Part shown: in pieces, positions 49,109 through 52,526 of the stretch | Position numbering within the stretch: position 1 is the stretch's first letter | Layout: the number at the start of each line of letters is the position of its first letter | Assembly: GCF_001194135.2 (NCBI RefSeq) | Contig: NC_068999.1 | Location: 53,318,683 to 53,371,208 of the forward strand | Reading direction: 5' to 3' | DNA length: 52,526 bases | Source of the DNA: Octopus bimaculoides | Lineage: Eukaryota | Notes under the pieces: model-generated | The model's input: the letters and a program-made list of their open reading frames with translations, nothing else | Databases searched by the model: none | Told to the model about the DNA's origin: nothing | Program-made: the position numbers and the translations under genes

Positions 49109-49325
49109 AAGGTGGTGAGCTGTTAGAATCGTTAGCATGCCGGGCAAAATGCTTAGCGGCATTTCGTCCGTCTTTACGTTCAGTGTTCAAGTTCTGCCGA
49201 GTTCAAATTTGCCTTTAATCCTTTCGCGGTCGATAAAATAAGTACCAACCAGTTGAGCACTGGAGTCGATGTAGTCGACTTACATCCCTCCCTTAAAATT
49301 GCTGGTCTTGTTCCAAAATTTGTAT
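49109..49325 (+). mobile_element. SINE family A
   Basis: aaggtggtgagctgttagaatcgttagcatgccgggcaaaatgcttagcggcatttcgtcc...gtcgataaaataagtacc...gctggtcttgttccaaaatttg. Confidence 0.87.
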
Positions 49326-49611
49326 ATCTCTACGAGATATACTTATTGTCTTTGAGAAGAATGATAGAGCTAATGGGTTCTTTTTTTAATCTTTTCCTTA
49401 CGGATGTAATTTTAATTGATTTATTTGTTTATTTTTGGCTTATTATACTGAATATATTATCCCCCACCCCATAACTATATTTTCTTCAAGCTGTAATCAT
49501 CTTTGGTAAATTTTCTTTGATTAACCAATTTTGAATTGCCTAATCAAGGAATGTTTCCTCAATCTAATCAAGGAAGTCTCGTATATTCTTACAGTTATTA
49601 TAGAGTTTGGT

Positions 49612-49830
49612 AAGGCGGCGAGTTGGCAGAATGATCAGCACCCCAGGCAAATTGCTTAGCGGCATTTCGTCCGTCTTTACGTTCTGAGTTCAAATGTCGC
49701 CGAGGTCGGCTGTACCTTTCATTCTTTCAGGGTCAATAAAATGAGTACCAGTTTAACAGTGGAGTCGATGTAATCGACTTACCCGCTTCCCTCGAAACTG
49801 TTGGCCTTGTGCCAAAATTTGAAACTATTA
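49612..49830 (+). mobile_element. SINE family A
   Basis: aaggcggcgagttggcagaatg...gagttcaaatg...agggtcaataaaatgagtaccag...ggccttgtgccaaaatttgaaac. Confidence 0.88.
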
Positions 49831-50767
49831 TAAAGCTTGGTAGGTAAAAGTAAAATTATGCTTCACTGAGGAGGTTTAATAATACCGAAACATGTCCGAA
49901 AATGTTACTGTATTTACTAAAGATGAATTCATTTCCCATTGCATGCCTTCCTTTAATTTTTAATTATTTTAACTCTCAGAATTGTCTTGAGCATTGTTTA
50001 TATTTTTCTGTTCATTATGCGCGCAATTTTCATTTTAAAACCTTTGGGGCAGGGTACCACATTGATTATGTTAGTCCTATCTGTGCATATGTTACAAACA
50101 ATTGGCAAGGTACTGACCAATTCATTACAACGGTTGCCGTCTCAACCAACTATAACTGAAGCATGCTTAACCAGTTGTGGGTCACCATTGATTTCTGTTA
50201 TAAGATCATAATGGGTAGGTACTCTCTTATACCAATTTCGGTAATTGACTGGCATTTATTTTATCAACCCCATTGGAAACAGGAAAGCCGGTTACGGTTG
50301 TAAATAAGGATTAGATATTCTATAAAAGTGAAAAAGAAAAAAAAAACCCTGAGCTCCAAAAGAAATTATTAAAGGTGTGCCTCTTTCCCAAAGTGGTAGG
50401 TAAAAGTTGATAAAATTCATAAGACAAATCAGCATTCATTTCTCCTGACTACGCGCGCGCGCACACACACACACACACTTATGGGCCCGCACACACACAC
50501 ACACACACTTATGCGCATGCAGGGGTGCATGCGCACCTCCTAAAATTGTTTGGGGACGCCATATCAAAATTTGCATCCCTGCTTACTTCTCTTGTGTTTA
50601 GAAAATGGTGCGTAAAATGTGATGAGTACAAAGTAGCTTAAGTTAGATTTCTTCTCAAAGAACAAAGAAGAAAAAGAATGAATAACAAAAATAATAAAAA
50701 CTTGTTTGTAATAAAAATTTTGGACTTAGGTTTGTATCCCCTAAGCAAATTGTGTTCCCGAACCAGT

Positions 50768-50808
<41 letters not shown>

Positions 50809-50975
50809 TTAATTCATCTGCTACAAATGATCGTGATATCTGGGACTATAAAAATTTGCAAAACCTTCTTAAGATTTAAAGGATAATGGTTAAAACGAAA
50901 TACTTTCCTTCACAACCTTTCTACCAAGAAGGGGGTCGGTCAGAATTAACAAGTGAAAGAGAACATACATACACA

Positions 50976-51283
50976 NNNNNNNNNNNNNNNNNNNNNNNNN
51001 NNNNNNNNNNNNNNNNNNNNNNNNNNNNNNNNNNNNNNNNNNNNNNNNNNNNNNNNNNNNNNNNNNNNNNNNNNNNNNNNNNNNNNNNNNNNNNNNNNNN
51101 NNNNNNNNNNNNNNNNNNNNNNNNNNNNNNNNNNNNNNNNNNNNNNNNNNNNNNNNNNNNNNNNNNNNNNNNNNNNNNNNNNNNNNNNNNNNNNNNNNNN
51201 NNNNNNNNNNNNNNNNNNNNNNNNNNNNNNNNNNNNNNNNNNNNNNNNNNNNNNNNNNNNNNNNNNNNNNNNNNNNNNNNNNN
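50976..51283. other. Assembly gap (N run)
   Basis: Ns. Confidence 1.
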
Positions 51284-51531
51284 ATTCAGCGTGACACAGT
51301 GTGACAAGGCTGACCCTTTGAATTACAGGCACAACAGAAATAGGAAGTAAGAGTGAGAGAAAGTTGTGGTGAAAGAGTACAGCAAGGTTCTCCACCACCC
51401 CCTGCCGGAGCCTCGTGGAGCTTTAGGTGTTTTCGCTCAATAAACACTCAGAACGCCCGGTCTGGGAATCGAAACCGCGATCCTAGGACCGCGAGTCCGC
51501 TGCCCTAACCACTGGGCCATTGCGCCTCCAC
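51284..51531 (-). mobile_element. SINE family B, longer copy running into the N-gap
   Basis: Shares taggaagtaagagtgagagaaagttgtggtgaaagagtacagc...gccctaaccactgggccattgcgcctccac with 38476-38662; (CATA)n adjoins the head. Confidence 0.9.
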
Positions 51532-52256
51532 ACATACATACATACATACATAGACACTGTCACGTTATTTTACGAATTTTATTAAACATATCACTTTCTC
51601 TCCAAACCAACGTTGGTCCCATGGATTTTGTTAGTTTCTGGTTACTTTCCTCGGATCAACAGCTAGTAAATTACTTGTTTTTGGCGACTTTTATCAATAC
51701 AGGAAATACTTGAGACATTCCTTTCACAGAATACTTTGGTATGCTTTTAATACTGGTACTTCCTGTTCATAGATGATCTTTTAAAGTGTCGTTTTTTTTT
51801 TATTATCCAGTTGATCAAATCATTCTTTTCAGTTGTCCCTTTGCTAAACACTACCAAGTTTAAATGTCATAAATGCTATACTCTTAAATTGTCGGTACAA
51901 ATAAGCGCAAGTAGAAAAGGAATAAAGGTGGTAAAAAATACCATGAAAGGCCAATGATGCAATTTGAGTATCAATGGAAATGGTTTCGAAAATATCAACT
52001 GGCGTAATCCAGAGGAAAGTGTGGGAAGGGCGCTATAGCATAGGAATTTCTAACATTGGCATGAAACATGCAATTTGTCGAGTCGACTAGGGAACTTCTA
52101 TATGGTTACCCACCCAGCTAGAAATAACAAATATCAAATCTGTGGTATTGAGCAGAAAATTTGCTGTAGCCCATCTTTTATACCAAGACAAAACAATGTA
52201 CATGATAACATTTCCGGTCAGTTAAGATGAGAGGCCATGAGAGCCACTGCCTGGTA

Positions 52257-52301
<45 letters not shown>

Positions 52302-52302
52302 T
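52257..52302. repeat. (ATT)15 microsatellite abutting a SINE-A head
   Basis: Directly visible. Confidence 0.95.
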
Positions 52303-52303
52303 T

Positions 52304-52503
52304 AAGGCGGCGAGCACGCTGGACGCAATGCTTAGCGGTATTTCGCCCTTCGCTATGTTCTAAGTTCAAATTCTGCCGAGGTCGACTTTGCCCTACTTTT
52401 CGGGGTCGATAAATTAAGTACCAGTGAAACACTGTAGTCGATGTAATCGGCCAGTCCCCTCCCCCCAAATTTCAGTCTTGTGCCTTTAGTAGAAAGGATT
52501 ATT
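52304..52503 (+). mobile_element. SINE family A (ATT-tail subfamily), first of a head-to-tail pair
   Basis: aaggcggcgagc head, aagttcaaattc B box, cggggtcgataaattaagtaccag core, ends in gaaaggattatt. Confidence 0.88.
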
Positions 52504-52526
52504 AAGGCGGCGAGCTGGCAGAATTG
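52504..52526 (+). mobile_element. SINE family A head, cut by the window end
   Basis: aaggcggcgagctggcagaattg matches the family head. Confidence 0.75.

Noticed and set aside
45849-52526. Recurrent ggggtcgat/gtcgac motifs as a CRISPR-like array
   Set aside because: They are internal to dispersed SINE copies, with no regular repeat-spacer period, and the context is eukaryotic.

Overview
AT-rich, microsatellite-dense eukaryotic DNA with six N-gaps. The SINE families resemble those I recall from Octopus (coleoid cephalopod); this assignment is inferred, not searched. One protein-coding gene is well supported: a + strand, intron-containing extended short-chain dehydrogenase/reductase (NAD(P)-dependent epimerase/dehydratase family, aldehyde-reductase/flavonoid-reductase-like). 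Eight coding exons (28875-39379) splice in frame through GT-AG introns to give about 446 aa; the short exon carrying the start codon was not securely located. The protein keeps its catalytic Ser and YxxxK. It has unusual substitutions around the NADP(H) adenosine/2'-phosphate pocket and a 95-aa Glu/Lys-rich tail, so a repurposed enzyme is the best candidate for novelty. The rest of the window holds three tRNA-derived SINE families, two unclassified short dispersed repeats, piggyBac-like, hAT-like and unclassified MITEs, local tandem duplications and microsatellites. Several intronic inverted repeats could form dsRNA in the pre-mRNA. I found no rRNA, genuine tRNA gene or CRISPR array. Repeat boundaries were set by eye and are approximate.
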